Below, in pieces: positions 26,301 to 39,311 of a stretch of DNA of 64,000 nucleotides. The stretch lies in the NCBI GenBank assembly GCA_977020255.1, contig CDROCS010001088.1, forward strand, positions 1-64,000. The letters are read 5' to 3'. Below the pieces are notes generated by a model. That model was given only the letters and a program-made list of their open reading frames with translations, did no database searches and was not told the DNA's origin. This DNA comes from Obrimoposthia wandeli (Eukaryota). The translations under genes and the position numbers were made by a program. Numbering within the stretch: position 1 is the stretch's first letter; each line of letters opens with the position of its first letter.

Positions 26301-29300
26301 TGTGTGTATTAAAGTTCGAAGGTTATTTTTTAGAAAGTGGAAATCGAAGAAATGGAAGAAAATAAATGTGTTTTTTGGAATATTTGGAAAAAAGATTTGT
26401 ACAACATAGGTGTGCATAAATTCTTATCTTCTTTATTCATTACTTTTCACACAAACAAACTGACAACCTTTCACAACTTCTTATTTAAAAAAAAACGAAA
26501 AACCTCAGTATCACAAAATATCTGACTATTTATAGCCATACAATTAACACATACAAGCACATAGAAGTAGAACCATTTTCAAACAGACCTAATTGGCCAA
26601 TCCCCCCAAAACACGTACTTATGTAATGCAGCAATTTTCTTAATCACGTTTCTACGTAATCATTTGAACGTTAAAGTACAATTGATTAATTAAAGTCGAA
26701 CAATAGGTAAGTATGAAGGATACGCACTATGGATAACGGGTTAGAGGCCACAAATACAGTAATCAAAGAATCAAAAATATCGAGAAAGATATCCGCTAAA
26801 TAAATAGTTCGGTAAAGCCTCATAAACTGAACAGTGGTCATAATCGAGAAACTTAAAATCTGTAAGTGCAATGTATGCATCTATACCATGGGTGATCAAT
26901 TCGCAAAGATAAATAAGCATATTAGCTAGTGATGTTTATAAACACTTCTCTATCCTTTGTTTCTGAAACAATAGAGAAGCAAAATTAAGAAGAAAAAAAA
27001 TTGAGAGAAGATTTTGACCAATTAAGAAAACAAAATTATGGAAATTATACCGTGATTTTACCAAATGATGGTATTGCATGGAAAAGAGGAACCCGCACAT
27101 GTTCCCATGTTCTAAGACATATAATTGGGATATATTCCTCATTAAAGTATTGTCAAGCACCAGTTGACGCCAAAACAACTCATTGGGTGAAAAACTGAAA
27201 ATAAACACACCTAGAAAGCAAGTCATGTGTAGTAAAGAGAAGTCATGTATTGTAAAATAAATTATTTAGTTTGTAACAGTTTCTGTCTAAACGTAATTTC
27301 AATTTTATCAAAAATAATTTATTTTCTGATTATAGATTTCTATATTTCTGCGTTAAAATATTTTTTATATTTCAAAAATATATTTACTTCTGATTATTTT
27401 AATTCGAGTTCTAGTTTATATGTTATTTTTAAATGAGGCACTGTTCAAATGTTTATTTTATCACCAAAGGAACTAAATAATGGGAAATTAATTAACTGTA
27501 GCTGTAAATTAACAACCTCACCTAAGTTGCATTAACTCTTGGGATTAAATTTAATCATTTGGAATGAATTTCAACTGGTGTAGAAGATGCATAGCTTATA
27601 TATAGATTGTAGCATTTTTAAAACAGTTTTCAATACATATTTGCTATATCAGAATCATCGAGAAACAATTTTTACAATTTTAATTAAAATGTACATACTT
27701 TCTAACATGATCGTCTCGTGGTACTTGGGATTTAAGGGTTTGACTCCATTTTTTACACGAAGCCATCCAAATGATTTCTGAAATTTTTCGTAAATTAAAC
27801 ATTTCTATTCACAACACTTAATAGTTCTGATTCTAAATATTCTCAAATGAGCATCACATCCATTTAAAAAGTCTTGTATTTTCTATCAAATTTTGTATTA
27901 TTCCGATTTTGAACAATTTTTTGAAATGTCTTTCTATCATCGAAAAGCCCAATTATCTCAGATAGCTTTATAAATAAATTATCAGTTTTCTCAGAGTGAT
28001 TTCACAAAATCAATTTCTTGATCCGCAATTTTGATACATAATTCGTATTTTATCTAAATAACCAATATCCCTTCTGTTAATTATGCAAAAGCAATATAAA
28101 ATATAGTAAGGAAAATAATCTTTTGATCGGTGAATTATAAAAATAGTTTTAAGTTTGTTTACAATTGAAATTATAATTCAAATAAATTTAATTTTGCTGA
28201 AGTTAAACTATTCCATTAATATTTTCGAAAATTTTCAGAGCCACGGTAGCGATTATGGCCAGACAGACGGATAATCTGAAGAAACAGCTAGATAAAGAGA
28301 GGAAGGAAAGGTATGTAGGAAACTGATAGATTTAGATTAACATCACTTAATATATTTATTGTTAATCTGTTTACCATATTTTAATCCCTACTCCTGAAAT
28401 GAATCCTTAAGCAAGAAAGATATTATAAAATTGATATGAAAATAATATAAAATGCAGATTTTCAGAAACTTTCAGATTTCTTATATAAAAAATAATATTT
28501 ATGATATTGTTTTCAACCGTATAATTGTAACACTTACACTTACAAACTTTAAAGAAAAGATTAGAACTCATCCAACTAAACATCACACACCATTCAATTC
28601 TACGGGAAATATTTTTCAAACAATTATCCAAGACACAAAATCCTCACGATAAAATGAGAAACCAAATGAAATCACACTTTCTCACACGTCCTGGGACCCT
28701 CACAAACACCGTTACTTAGGGCAGAAGTCAGGGTAGCGTATCTATGTGTGTTTGCCGATACGAAGGCTCTTTCTAAACCTACAAACAAAGTCTCAAATCA
28801 AAATATTTTTCTTTTCAAGGTCAATCAATTCTTGCAATTCCACCAACCCCAAAAATCTTCCAAATTTCGAAACCAACAAGTGTATACAACCCCAAACAAT
28901 TCACACTATCTATCATTAGCAACCCAATTAACCTTCGAAGTCAGTCCGTCACAAACTGAACTGTCGATTAAACTTTCGACCTTATTAATACTGTTTTAGT
29001 TGTTTAATTAAATACGTTCAATCGAGCCTTATTTTTATAATAAACTGACAAACCTTCGTCATTATCCAATACTTATAACAATAATATAATATACCCTTTG
29101 CTTTAGTAAATTATATTAGAATGTTGTTTAAAATTAAAATGTTTAGAATTTTCACAATTTTACTTTTCTAACACAAATCTTCATTTTTAAACCACACTGT
29201 AATGGAAAAAAAATTAAATATCAGTTGACCAAAGTAAGATATTTAAATTATTATATTTTTAAAAATCACACTGAATGTGTATATGCATCTTAGAATCAAA

Positions 29301-32300
29301 TAAAATCAAATAACAAACAGTGTGATGGAATATTTGAAATTTGTGTTCCGAATCTACAACAATTTACCTATGAATATTAGAAACTGTAGCAATTTTGAAA
29401 AATTCAAGAAGCAACGAAAACTACTATATAGAAAATATTACAAAGAATACTGGAAAAGAGGAAGCGCTTTTGAATAATAACTCAGAGATTTATTAGATAT
29501 TTGCGCTATATTAAAAAAACTGTTATTATTGTTATTGTAAAAGTTATTGAATGTTTAGAATTTAACATACATGTAAATATTTATGTTTGAAATATCTTAA
29601 GATCGTTGGTTTTCTAGTTTCCTGAGTGCAACCATCTAAAATATTCTAGAAATTTATGTCCATTGGTACCATAAGTTTGATTTAAATTTTGCAAGTGAAC
29701 CTATTAAAACAACATGGTTGTAGTTGTGATATAATTTATGCTTGGAATTTTCTAATTAGGAAACCTCTAAATTCACACAGGTTTCCCCACATTTATGTAT
29801 TTTCTGTTGCCTAAAATATCATATGTAATTCGAAATTGTGCAACCTCTCTCATTAGCATTACCATCGTTTTGATCGTTTTTAAAAGTTAGATATTTGTAT
29901 ATTTTTGTCAGTATTTAAATGTGTTTTCTCTATATTTACATATAATTTAGAAAGGAACACTCTTAATTCAAAAAAAGCATTACCAGCGTTTGTCTTCTGT
30001 CAATGATACCAGGAGTTGTTTACTTCGAGAAAGGGAAGGATGGTGAACGAAATAGTCATATGATGTATATGTTACTTATCTACCCAAATAAATGATTTGG
30101 AGTAGATTAACTTATGCTAATATATCTCTGAGATGGACGTTCTACCATACATGCAATATTCACGAGTAAATTCTAATCAAGCGATGAGTGTTGTATTTAT
30201 GAAATAATAATATTCGTTTTATACATTTCAACTTTAGTTTGGTGCTGTTGACAAAAGTTACAGTGACGGCCCCCTCGCTTGCCTCATGCTGGATATGGGC
30301 CCGGTATCTGACGGTTAAATGTGATCAGATATAGTTATTCACGTGTTTTCTTCTCCTGGAGTATTCAATTTGAAGTTCTTCTCGGTCTGCAGGAATGAAG
30401 TTCAGAATGCGAACAGCAGTCTCCAGGATGAGATAAACCAATGGCGCGGGAAGCACGTGAAGCTGATACGTGAACTCAATGCCGGCATCAATGAAGCCAA
30501 GTCGGAGCACTCCAGAATAACCAATCAGGTACGAGATTAATTTGGGAGAAAAAACACAATTATGTTCCTGCGATTTTAATACGTACGTATCTCTTAACAG
30601 TTTTTCTGACTATACTCTCTGAAAATGAATAAGAAACATTAGCAAACAGTTTACAAATTCATTCATATATGAGTATACACAATTTTGTACTCATAGTTCG
30701 TTTAATAAAAACATACGCTGCACAGTTTTAAAGAATTTTGAATAAGTAACTGAAAATTAATAAGTGACAATTTTTTATCATAATTTTAAAAGTCATCATA
30801 AAATTTTAAAAAGTTTTATTTCAATCTGAGAAATCGATGCAGTTTTCATGGACATTTTGTCTGATGAGTCTGACAGAACAGTCTACCTCGAACCCCAAAG
30901 TGCAGTATCTACCTTCATAGAACCCCTTTGTCAAGCCCATCGAGACAGTCTTCTCTCAGGTGAAACGTACCATGCACAAGAGACTTACCAATAACCCTGG
31001 AATTCTTCCAGCTCTAACGGATCTATAAATCCAAGTTAGCCGGTTATCAGACAGTTATTTCAGCATATATGAAAAAACAATATAAAAACCAAGTACGTAT
31101 TAATCATTTATTTAAATGACACCTAAAAATTCCCTGAGACTGCAATTATTTCTTCTTTTTATAAATAACTTTGTTTTCTCGCATTGACAGTATATTCGTT
31201 ATGGCTTTGCGAATTCCAAAGTTGAATATATTTTATTTTTCAATCATGCAACATAAAGTCATATTTTCATTTTGATCAATATACAAACTAGGATTTGCAA
31301 ATAGTTGAATACTGATGAAAAACTGAACTGGTAATTCTGTATTAAGGGCTATAAGAGCTATCAAAAATTACGGTCTAAAATTTGGACTGAAGAAAAAGTC
31401 ATCATTTCCAAAAATAATCAACATTGAGAAGCATGATTGCAAAGTTTCAAAGTCATGGTTAGATTCTAGAGGAATGATGTGTATAAAATGAATGGGAACT
31501 TGATTGAGGAAGTGGTACAACTGCTGAGAGAAAAGGAACATTACTTACAACAAGAAATACTGCCACTAGTTCTAACTTGTCAAAATCAACAGCTTGTAAG
31601 TTAATACATCACTATCGTAAGATATATCCCTACAAAATTCAGGTTGGACACGAAATTTGGAAAAGTGAGTGGAATTTCCTGAAAGATTTTTGCAGAACTT
31701 GGTACAACTTCCTAAGTTTATTGTATAATGACTATAATGACTGACAGAAAAAGAGTCGATCAAAAACTAATGGTTTGGGCAGCGTTTTCAATGGAGCTGA
31801 GGGTAACAATTGTTGTCTTTGATAATACTTTAAATCAAGAAGTTTACATGGATATGATTGATCAACGCATGTTACCTTTTCTGTGTCACAATGGAAAGCT
31901 TTCGACCACTACATTGCAACAAGATGAAGAGCGGCATCACATATCCCACATATTATTGGCTTTTCTTCAAAATTATTTTTCTGTAGGAGTAATCAGTGAC
32001 AGAACTATAATTTTTGGCCGCTGAATAACCCAGACATAAGTTCTCTGAATTTCCTTTTCGAGGGATATACGACACATCTGGTTTATGAGAATCCCGGCCC
32101 CAGAAGGTTCCTCAACTAAATGAGAAAATCATCAATATTTATGAACATACGCCTCAAAAGATACTCAAAAACTCTATCAAGGTCTACTTAGACATTTCAA
32201 CTCAACGTTGAAATTGTCTTTGTATAATTAAATACACGGGGTGTTTTATATTTATATACTTCTTTTTTTCACGTGTTTGAAGTTACGTGTTGAATTTTAC

Positions 32301-35300
32301 AATTTTAAAAACCCTCACTTTTCTTTTAATCACTAAAAAATTATAAGTACTATTAAGTATTAGAAAATCGGTTAGTATGTTTAGTCGAGCGATAAGAGAC
32401 CAACGAATTCGCACATTTTTGAAATGCTACCTCATTGTGAGAAAGTTATGAACAGGAATTTAGTTTGATCGCAATATTGGACACATTTTTGCAATCGAAC
32501 AGAAACAAAAGGAATAAAACACGATAGGTTACAAAATTGCTTACTACCATAATTGCAGGACCTATTCGTGTTCCAAGAATGTAGCGTGTGTTTAACAAAT
32601 GTATGTATCCTATCATTGGGGATTGAATGTTAGGCAGTGTATAAATAATCCCTCTACATTTGACTCGCAGTAGATAGGTCGAGATGGTACAATCAATTGG
32701 CGACCAGGAACGATATACATGACTTCCTGTGATTTTTAGTTGTAGGGTGGCTTAAATCGACAAGTTTATGAAACTGAAGTCGCAGATATTGAAGACTTGA
32801 AAGACAGAATTACAAGACGTATACGAAAATATCTATTAATGTTGCAGAATAGTTTATATTATATTTAAGAGTGAAGTTAGAAAAAGCAGTTACAAGTTCA
32901 GGAAAAAATGTTTTTCGGTGTTTCATTGATATAGAGTTGACTTTAATCAGTAAATTTACTTCTACATCTTTGTGATTCAAAGGTTTTTTTCATTTTAAAT
33001 AAAGAGTGAGGAATCAGGAAAATTCTAAATAAAATAACAATTCTTTATTTTGAAATCTGCTAAATGCATACTAGTTGAGAAAAATGTAGCATATTATTTG
33101 ACAACTCCATGTATGTTATGAAAATGAAATGTATTTACAGTTTTGAATGAAGAAACATTTTACTGTGTTGATCTATACTTATTTGGAAAACAGAAAGAGC
33201 AATTTGATACTATTTTGTGATAATTCATTACATTGTAAGCTATGTTGCAGATGGTACGGCTGCAGAATGAGGCCACACTGTGCCGGGCGGAGGCGGGTCG
33301 GATCGAGAAGGAGCTTCCCGAAATGCAGAGTCGCTGGACGGCAGAAGAGAAAGAGCTGGAGTCGAGGGTGACCATGTTGACGCGGGAGACGCTGCACATG
33401 GAGGCTGACGAGAGCGAGCGACAGTTGAGATTGGGCGAGATGGAGCCGCGCTTTGTGGAGCTGCAGCACTACTATGAGCGCACCAAGAAGGAATACGAAA
33501 TGCTGAAGAGGAATCTTGTGGGTGCGTTCCCGCTACTTCTACCGCAGTTAGAGGGAGACTGTCTGCACTCATTCTTCTGGAGTCATTCAAGCTTGCAATA
33601 TCGCATCACATCCAGAGAGTATCCGATATGAAACCCCTCTTACTCCTTGCCATAAATTATCCCAATCATTTTGAGTTCAATGGTCCTCTTTCTCGTGATG
33701 CTTCTTGCTTTGACAATGGAAAAAGTCCATATATTCTCCTTCTGAGTCTTCTGTATACCTCAAAGATTCAGTGGTGACTCGGGATCCAGGTAAAGACGAT
33801 TGTTCTTCCTTCGTTGGCTAATATTTCCAGTTATCTGTGTCTCCTTTTAAGCAAGTTATTTTTGGTGTTGTATAAGAACACTGACAGGCTCTGGACACTG
33901 GACTATTGGCTATTCTAAATTTCTTCCACTCGTTTCTGTCTGGATATGGACTGAAATTCTCTGCAAAGAAGCCCTACATGTATGTGCTACTACAAACCGT
34001 GAAAAAACAAATGCTTCAAAAACCAATTCAGAACAATCTTCCGATGGATTTTTCTTATTGTAAAATAATACAAAGAACGTTTTGGTATTTTTAAGTCTAT
34101 TACTTAATACGTAAATTGGTCTAGAATTTTATTTCAGCTCTCAAGTCAAGGAAATCTGGCATTGATGACGGGATTATGCGGTTCAAGCGAGACATTGACA
34201 AGGAGAAGCGCAACATGGTTGGTATATTGTCCATGACTTATGTGTCTTCTTAACATCTGATGTATTAAGTGCAATTTACTGTAACATTTGTATTATCAGT
34301 TAAAAAGCTAATTAAGCCAATCATTTATTCAACAATTGTGATTAATTATGTACGTACTTTAAAGTTAATTGATATGAAATTTGAATCATCCATTCGTGTT
34401 TGTCTGTGTGTGTGTCTAGTTGTTTGTCCAATTGACCATTATCCTTTGTAACTACACATTTGTGGTGTGTTTCTCTGAGCTATATAATATGTGAAAAGTA
34501 TGATGAAAGTATTGCTGATTATGTAAAGTAATGGAGTGGAGTTTTTTTTATAAAAAATTGAATAAGGCTGAAATTTCTGACTACATAATGTGAGTAAAGA
34601 TTGCGTATAATAAAGTTATAATTTATGTGAAGAAGAACACTACAATCGCATTGTTAAATAAGTTGATATTGAGTTGTAGATTTTTGGCGTGTCGAGAAAT
34701 GGGACCAAAATCCAGTTTAGAGATAATGAAGATGGTATTATGCGTGCCATTTGTATTACAATATTGATGAAGAAGATGTGTTATTTTATTCGCTTGAAAA
34801 AAGTTTATTTTAAGTTATGTCATCAATGAATCATTCCTAATGTGTTGTTCTTTTGTGTGTAAGTATGTGTCAAGTAATGATGACCAGGATTGTAACTTTG
34901 TAGGAGGCTCTGCGACATAAGAAGACAGAAAAGACGGAGTCTCTGGACAGTCAACTGGAGCGGGAGGCGGACGAGCGGGACATGTTGGAGAAGAAGATCT
35001 ACATGGACACTTGCCACATTTCCACATTGCAGGAGGAGATTACTAAAATGGAGACGGTGAGGGCCCTGTAGGCATGCAAACATTGAGTAACAGCATTTGT
35101 TATATGTGAGGGGTTCTCCACTACAGTGGTCTCGAACTCAAAAGTAGTTATTGGCTCAGATTTAATTTAAAATAAATATTATCCAGTTGAAATTTATAAT
35201 AAATATTTATCTGTTCTCACTTCCAACTTCTTCATGCAGTACAACAAATCCCCGATGATTTAACACTCGTCTACAGATTATGTTTATTGTTGTAATTGCT

Positions 35301-38300
35301 GTTCACATAATAATATCTATCTGAATTTTTTAGCATTAATAATTACATGTTTGGTCGTGAGGTGCTAGTTTGGGACCACTAGTTTATGGCATTTGGACAC
35401 TAATAGTTACAGATTATAAGTAGTATTAAACTCACCAATTAGGGGGGATGTGACAAAATTTGTTTAAAGTTTTAAAAATCTAACCATATGTTTTGACATG
35501 TACCCGTGCTTAACAATGAAGATCTAGTCTATACAATATGCTCATAAACTAAGAATCAACCACAAAATCCGACTCGAGCATATAGGTAGGGAGATTAACT
35601 TACCTTCATAATTTTCATTTAAATAGACATTAACTCCAAAAATTATATTTTAAAAATTTGATAGAGAGAATAATAAAAATTTGAATATACATAAACTCTT
35701 GCTAAATTTAAAAGTCATTTCACAAAAATGAGTCTGGAAAAGTTATGAATTTATGTATATTGCTTATTAAAAGCTTTAGAAACGGTATTTGTTTATTAAA
35801 TTATTAAATACACTAGTAAATGGCATACACAATGTTTTAAAATTAAAAATAAGAAAGTTAATATGATAGATTTTTATAAAAATAAGAAACCTAATCTCAA
35901 TGTATGCTCAATCATACATATAATGTTATTTAAATATATTTATAGTCATATGACTACTTATGTTTTTATTTTTATTTATTAATTAACCTACATATAATTT
36001 TGAAAATTTTGTCTTTTGCAAAATACGTAAATTTTCAGGAGTATAATTCAAACTGTTACTTTTGACTGGCTAATTTTTAAACTTAGCTCCATTTTAATCT
36101 GTCTTAACAAAATAGTTGCAATAAATCGAATGAATATAGGTTCTTAGATAAAACTGGAACTGCAGCTAAACAGGTTAAATAAATAATATTCATCTATTAA
36201 AATTTTCAACTATATATGTAAATTTTATAAATTTATGTAAAGCATATTTAAATTAAAATATTTCATTTTTACTATTGCTTTGTTCAAAAGGAAGTTATTA
36301 GTTTAAAATGATGAAATTAAAACATTTGTAAATAGAAAGAATATTTGAATTTTATTAACAGCAGCGGCTAATGTTTAAAATTGCTTTTATTCAAAATAAA
36401 TGGGTTTCTGCATATATGTATGTGTCTCAAAAATCTAAAAGTGTACTAACGAAATAATCTAGCAAAAAATTATTAATATTTTTCATTGTATTTTTTATTA
36501 AAAACATAACTTTATTTATAAATTATTTTATGTTGCTAAATATCAAAAATAATATGATAATAAATTTTATAAAGGTTAATAGTTGTATGTATAATATAAT
36601 ATAAAGGATCCACCTTGAGTTTATTCTTTTGTAATTATATTTAAATGATTACTTAAATATTATTTTTCATTATTACTTTTTTACGTTATTTTTTCAATGA
36701 TTTTTTAAAATTTTCTTTTACATATACACAAGAATAAAAATAACTGTACGTTGGAAATAAAATTAAGAATACGGTACTTTATGTATGACTCTTTAAGTTT
36801 TAATATTTGAAAACAATTGTCTCAGTCGATTTTTAGATTTTTTTCATATAAATCTTTCAAAATCTAATTAAAATAAACTAAAACAACTATTGATAATAAT
36901 TAGTAAATGCTATTAACTGTAGGTTAAAGAAGTCATTTAAATAATTTCATTCGTTAATAACATTGTAAATATGCTAATTAAAATTTGATCATTTAAAATA
37001 GCACAAATCATTTAGTTTATCGCAAAGCTGGAAAAACGGATTGCCAATCTTCGTGAATTTTGGGAGCAAGCAATTCACAACGGAAGAAGAATCAAAGAAG
37101 ACATAAACACTCAAAGAGGTTAGCAATTGTTATTCAGGATTAGAAATGAATAGATTAGCATTTAACTAAAATCACCATGACAAATATTTAACAGATTAAA
37201 TAAAAACTATTAAAAAATAATTATTAACATTAATCTAAATCTAGCTGCTTTCTAAAGTCAATAGTATGGGTGACACTAAAAATGGTTTCTTGTACAGATG
37301 ACCTAGCACGCGGCTGGGTGTGTGACTCGGAACTGGTGGCGGAGTTTCAACAGTCGGAGACGGCGGAGATCGAAAGGTTGAAGACACTACTGCACAACAC
37401 CGACGAGCGTCAGCACCTCATTGCGGAAATTTCACACAAGCTTCTGGCAGAGATCGACCATTTCGATCACTTTCTCCTCTCTCTGGGCACAGTCGATGAC
37501 AGCCACGATGGTGAGTGGCATTCGCTGGGAAGCAAAGAAAACTGTTAAAAACCACTGGGTTGTTTCAAAATTGATTTATTCACTTTTTCGTCTTATATTT
37601 TTAGATCTACATTTTAACCACAAAAAATAAAACGTGTAATCATCAAATATTTGCATTCCTGTTCAAAGAAAACAGAATATCCATGTTTGTCTGCCTCCAC
37701 GGCTCCATGGCTCTCAGGTGATAAAAGGCAATTATGTCAAGTAGAAGCAGTAGGCCACTGCTTTGTTTTATATTATTGCAGAAATTAGTTTTTATTTTTT
37801 ATTTCCCATTATTTTTAATGGTACACATGTCGGTGATTTTCTTTATAATTTATCAATCACCTTATAGAAGTCATTATTAAACAAAAACAGTATTTTTATC
37901 TAAAAAAACTTTCTAATTAAATCTCTAAATAATGTAAAATCTGTACTTATCGTACTTGATCTATTGCAGTATTTAACACGGTTAATCATGAAATATTATT
38001 AAAATATTTGAATATTATTGGAATCAATGGAAAGGAACTGAATGGGTTTATAAGTTCTTTTCTTTCGCGCAGAAAACTGCTAAAATTGATGATACTGTTT
38101 CAGATCTTGAATATTTAAAATGCGGTGTCCTCAGGTTCCTCTTGGTCCAATCCTAATTGTAATTATTCATTTACAACATTAAGTTGATGAAATAAAATGT
38201 TGATTTAAATTTTAAAGACTGAATTCCCCTGTAAATTCTTCTTAATCAAATGTGGAATGAAAATACAACTGAGACTATATTATTTACTCTTAATAATATT

Positions 38301-39311
38301 AAAACGGTATAAAACGATAAAAAAATTTCGTACATGTCGATGAAAATATTATTAATTTAAAAAGTATAAACCCAATAGTGGTATATCATCGATTAAAATA
38401 ATGCAATGGACTGTCAAATTAATAAAGTGATAAGAATATACAACAGTCATATCCAATATATTTATTCAATAAGAAAATACTTTACTACTAAGATAACTAC
38501 AATGTTGATGTATGCGATTATTACCTCAAGACTTGATTTTCAAATTTAATTATTGTTCAATATTTATATTAAATCACTTACAAAAAGTTTTAAACAAAGC
38601 CGTCAGAATTGTATTCAATTAAGAAAGCGCTAGTACCAGTGAACATTTAATGGAGCTTCATTGGCTACTGATAAAGGCCTGAATTGAATTCAAGCTCCTA
38701 CATATTATCAAAAAAATATTATATCTCAAAAACCCAAATATTTAAAGGATCTTCTTGGTCCTGGTACAGTGAGCATGTATATGCATCTCAGTAGAAACGA
38801 TTATGACTACAGAATGGTTTAACAAAATTCTTAAATAACATGCAGAGTTATGGAAAATATGAAATTTATACTCCGAATCTTTACATCAATCTATTTATGA
38901 ATATAAAAATCTGTAGTAATGTTGAAAAATTCAAGACTTTATTATTCAGAAAAAATATGAAGAATAATGGAAAATAGTAATAAGCACTTTTGAGTAATTA
39001 TTCAAATATTTGACAATAAACAATTACTTATCAACATGTTTTTTTACCATGTTTCTACTCCTACTATTTTTGGAATATCAATAGATTATCAGATAACTGA
39101 CGAATGAACTCCGTTATAGTATGGTATTATTTACACACATTACCTTTTTCAATTATTTTCTTATTTTATTTTCCTAATATTTAATTCTTTAATTTGCTTT
39201 ATTTTCCTATTTTATTCAGAGAAACAAAAGAAAGACAAGAAAATTGTAGGAACTGCTGCTAAATTGAAGACACTGTCAAATGCCTTGAAAAAGTTTAAAA
39301 CTGATGATTGA
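5378..39311 (+). CDS. CCDC175: Long coiled-coil protein, CCDC175-like (~770 aa, ~20 exons)
   Basis: Phase-consistent GT-AG exons: 5739-5875, 10362-10494, 12767-12865, 14984-15039, 16237-16300, 17647-17756, 19776-19857, 21130-21202, 22236-22299, 24367-24477, 28239-28310, 30393-30528, 33251-33521, 34138-34217, 34904-35056, 37016-37118, 37298-37510, 39220-39311 (stop TGA). Two further 5' exons (~5378-5536 and ~5583-5694) have unresolved junctions. Heptad E/K/Q/L-rich throughout. HEIWEIES..FPSEISDEIQELLKAARGMN resembles the [26 protein letters not shown] segment I recall from vertebrate CCDC175; name from memory, not from a search. Confidence 0.8.
6320..6720. mobile_element. Palindromic MITE with ~80-bp inverted repeats
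   Basis: ~6397-6475 (tcactgagtaa..tcgaactgaaagttt..atcgatgtctgg) is the reverse complement of ~6633-6712. Confidence 0.7.
6850..7150 (-). mobile_element. Possible hAT transposase N-terminal fragment
   Basis: IDIHYALQH..GDFLSLFHLF resembles the hAT GNFL.L segment; weak. Confidence 0.3.
7480..9360 (-). mobile_element. Degenerate hAT (ZMYM1-like) transposase
   Basis: KSLTNTKWSAHGDAC; FYVASDIVSSALERRSKAYKDI; RIFLSVPCTNCSAERPFSALK (hAT dimerisation domain); many stops and frameshifts. Confidence 0.85.
10609..11728. mobile_element. Non-autonomous TIR element with TTAA target duplication (Kolobok-like)
   Basis: ttaa|GGTAGCAGTAAGGTTATAA ... TTATAACCTACTTGCTACC|ttaa; TTAA TSD with GG termini fits Kolobok rather than piggyBac. 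Confidence 0.75.
12368..12660 (-). mobile_element. mariner transposase 3' remnant with TIR
   Basis: HSPYSPDLSQTDFHIF..RWKCIESEEYYF; degenerate aggttg..gtaat..cgg TIR near 12368-12398. Confidence 0.85.
13650..13900 (-). mobile_element. L2 LINE fragment
   Basis: Reverse-complement similarity to 38430-38690 (agacttgattttt; aaacaaagccgtca; ggctactga). Confidence 0.65.
14640..14910 (+). mobile_element. L2 LINE 3' fragment
   Basis: cttcttgggcctggtgcagtgagcatgtatatgcatct shared with 38750 onward. Confidence 0.7.
16800..17545 (+). mobile_element. Degenerate Tc1/mariner-superfamily (DD41D-like) transposase
   Basis: NPQTSV.RLSRATGVS, GPYFF, DGALAYYS..RIWLNDQF..RGAIE; frameshifted. Confidence 0.7.
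18310..18680 (+). mobile_element. Tc1 transposase C-terminal fragment
   Basis: MFWGYI..HESKQTRSYL..PANSPDLN. Confidence 0.7.
18712..18734. repeat. (TA)n microsatellite
   Basis: Direct reading. Confidence 0.9.
19288..19571. mobile_element. Possible piggyBac-like MITE
   Basis: ccctttag ... ctaaaggg|ttaa short inverted ends. Confidence 0.3.
20400..20800 (-). mobile_element. Possible Gypsy reverse-transcriptase fragment
   Basis: KRFDEIIEQGIKK and KIDMR resemble the start of Gypsy RT; heavily decayed. Confidence 0.35.
22372..23686 (+). mobile_element. Tigger/pogo element, internally deleted, with TIRs
   Basis: ta|CAGTATACTCTGGATTATCTGAA ... TTCAAATAACTCAGAGTATTTG; KRKVSLENKAKIL..KGKYPELKEAL..FKSRYDL. 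Confidence 0.75.
23970..24045 (-). mobile_element. Possible tRNA-derived SINE head
   Basis: ccgagaattaaaccaggg..tgcaagtcgcacattctaccagtgaact resembles the reverse complement of a degenerate tRNA. Confidence 0.3.
24930..25260 (+). mobile_element. hAT dimerisation-domain fragment
   Basis: MFPMIYSYLQTLCAISATFAIAERTFSSM..RLNG. Confidence 0.7.
25819..25854. repeat. 12-bp tandem repeat x3
   Basis: tgttcaatttga x3. Confidence 0.9.
26550..27230 (+). mobile_element. MULE transposase fragment with SWIM zinc-finger region
   Basis: NGLEATNTVIKE; FDQLRKQ..WKRGTRTC..HIIG..LKYCQAPVDAK. Confidence 0.65.
29275..29515 (+). mobile_element. L2 LINE 3' fragment
   Basis: gaaactgtagcaat..gaaaaattcaag..gatttattagatatt shared with 14760-14900. 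Confidence 0.7.
30880..31080 (+). mobile_element. IS630/Tc1-like transposase tail fragment
   Basis: YLPS.NPFVKPIETVFSQVKR. Confidence 0.55.
31400..32230 (+). mobile_element. Degenerate Tc1-superfamily transposase
   Basis: LSKSTACKLI..YPYKIQ; LMVWAAFS..TLNQEVYMDM..LPFL..QQDEERHH. Confidence 0.75.
32560..32860 (+). mobile_element. Tc1-superfamily (DD41D-like) C-terminal fragment
   Basis: IGRDGTINWRP..TSCDF..QVYETEVADIEDLKDRI. Confidence 0.65.
33690..33850 (-). mobile_element. Non-LTR retrotransposon RNase H fragment
   Basis: LANEGRTIVFTWIPSH matches the F.WIPSH RNase H motif. Confidence 0.45.
38255..38990 (+). mobile_element. L2/CR1-type LINE 3' end (longest of 7 copies)
   Basis: AIITSRLDF; LNKAVRIV..EHLMELHWLLIKA.IEFKLL; DLLGPG; PNLY.NL..NIK..EKFKT. 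Confidence 0.8.

Noticed and set aside
33160-33590. Minus-strand ORFs over the large CCDC175-like exon
   Set aside because: Antisense shadows of a GC-rich coding exon
13650-38990. Inverted L2 copies as drivers of circular RNA
   Set aside because: Copies are short and too diverged for stable pairing
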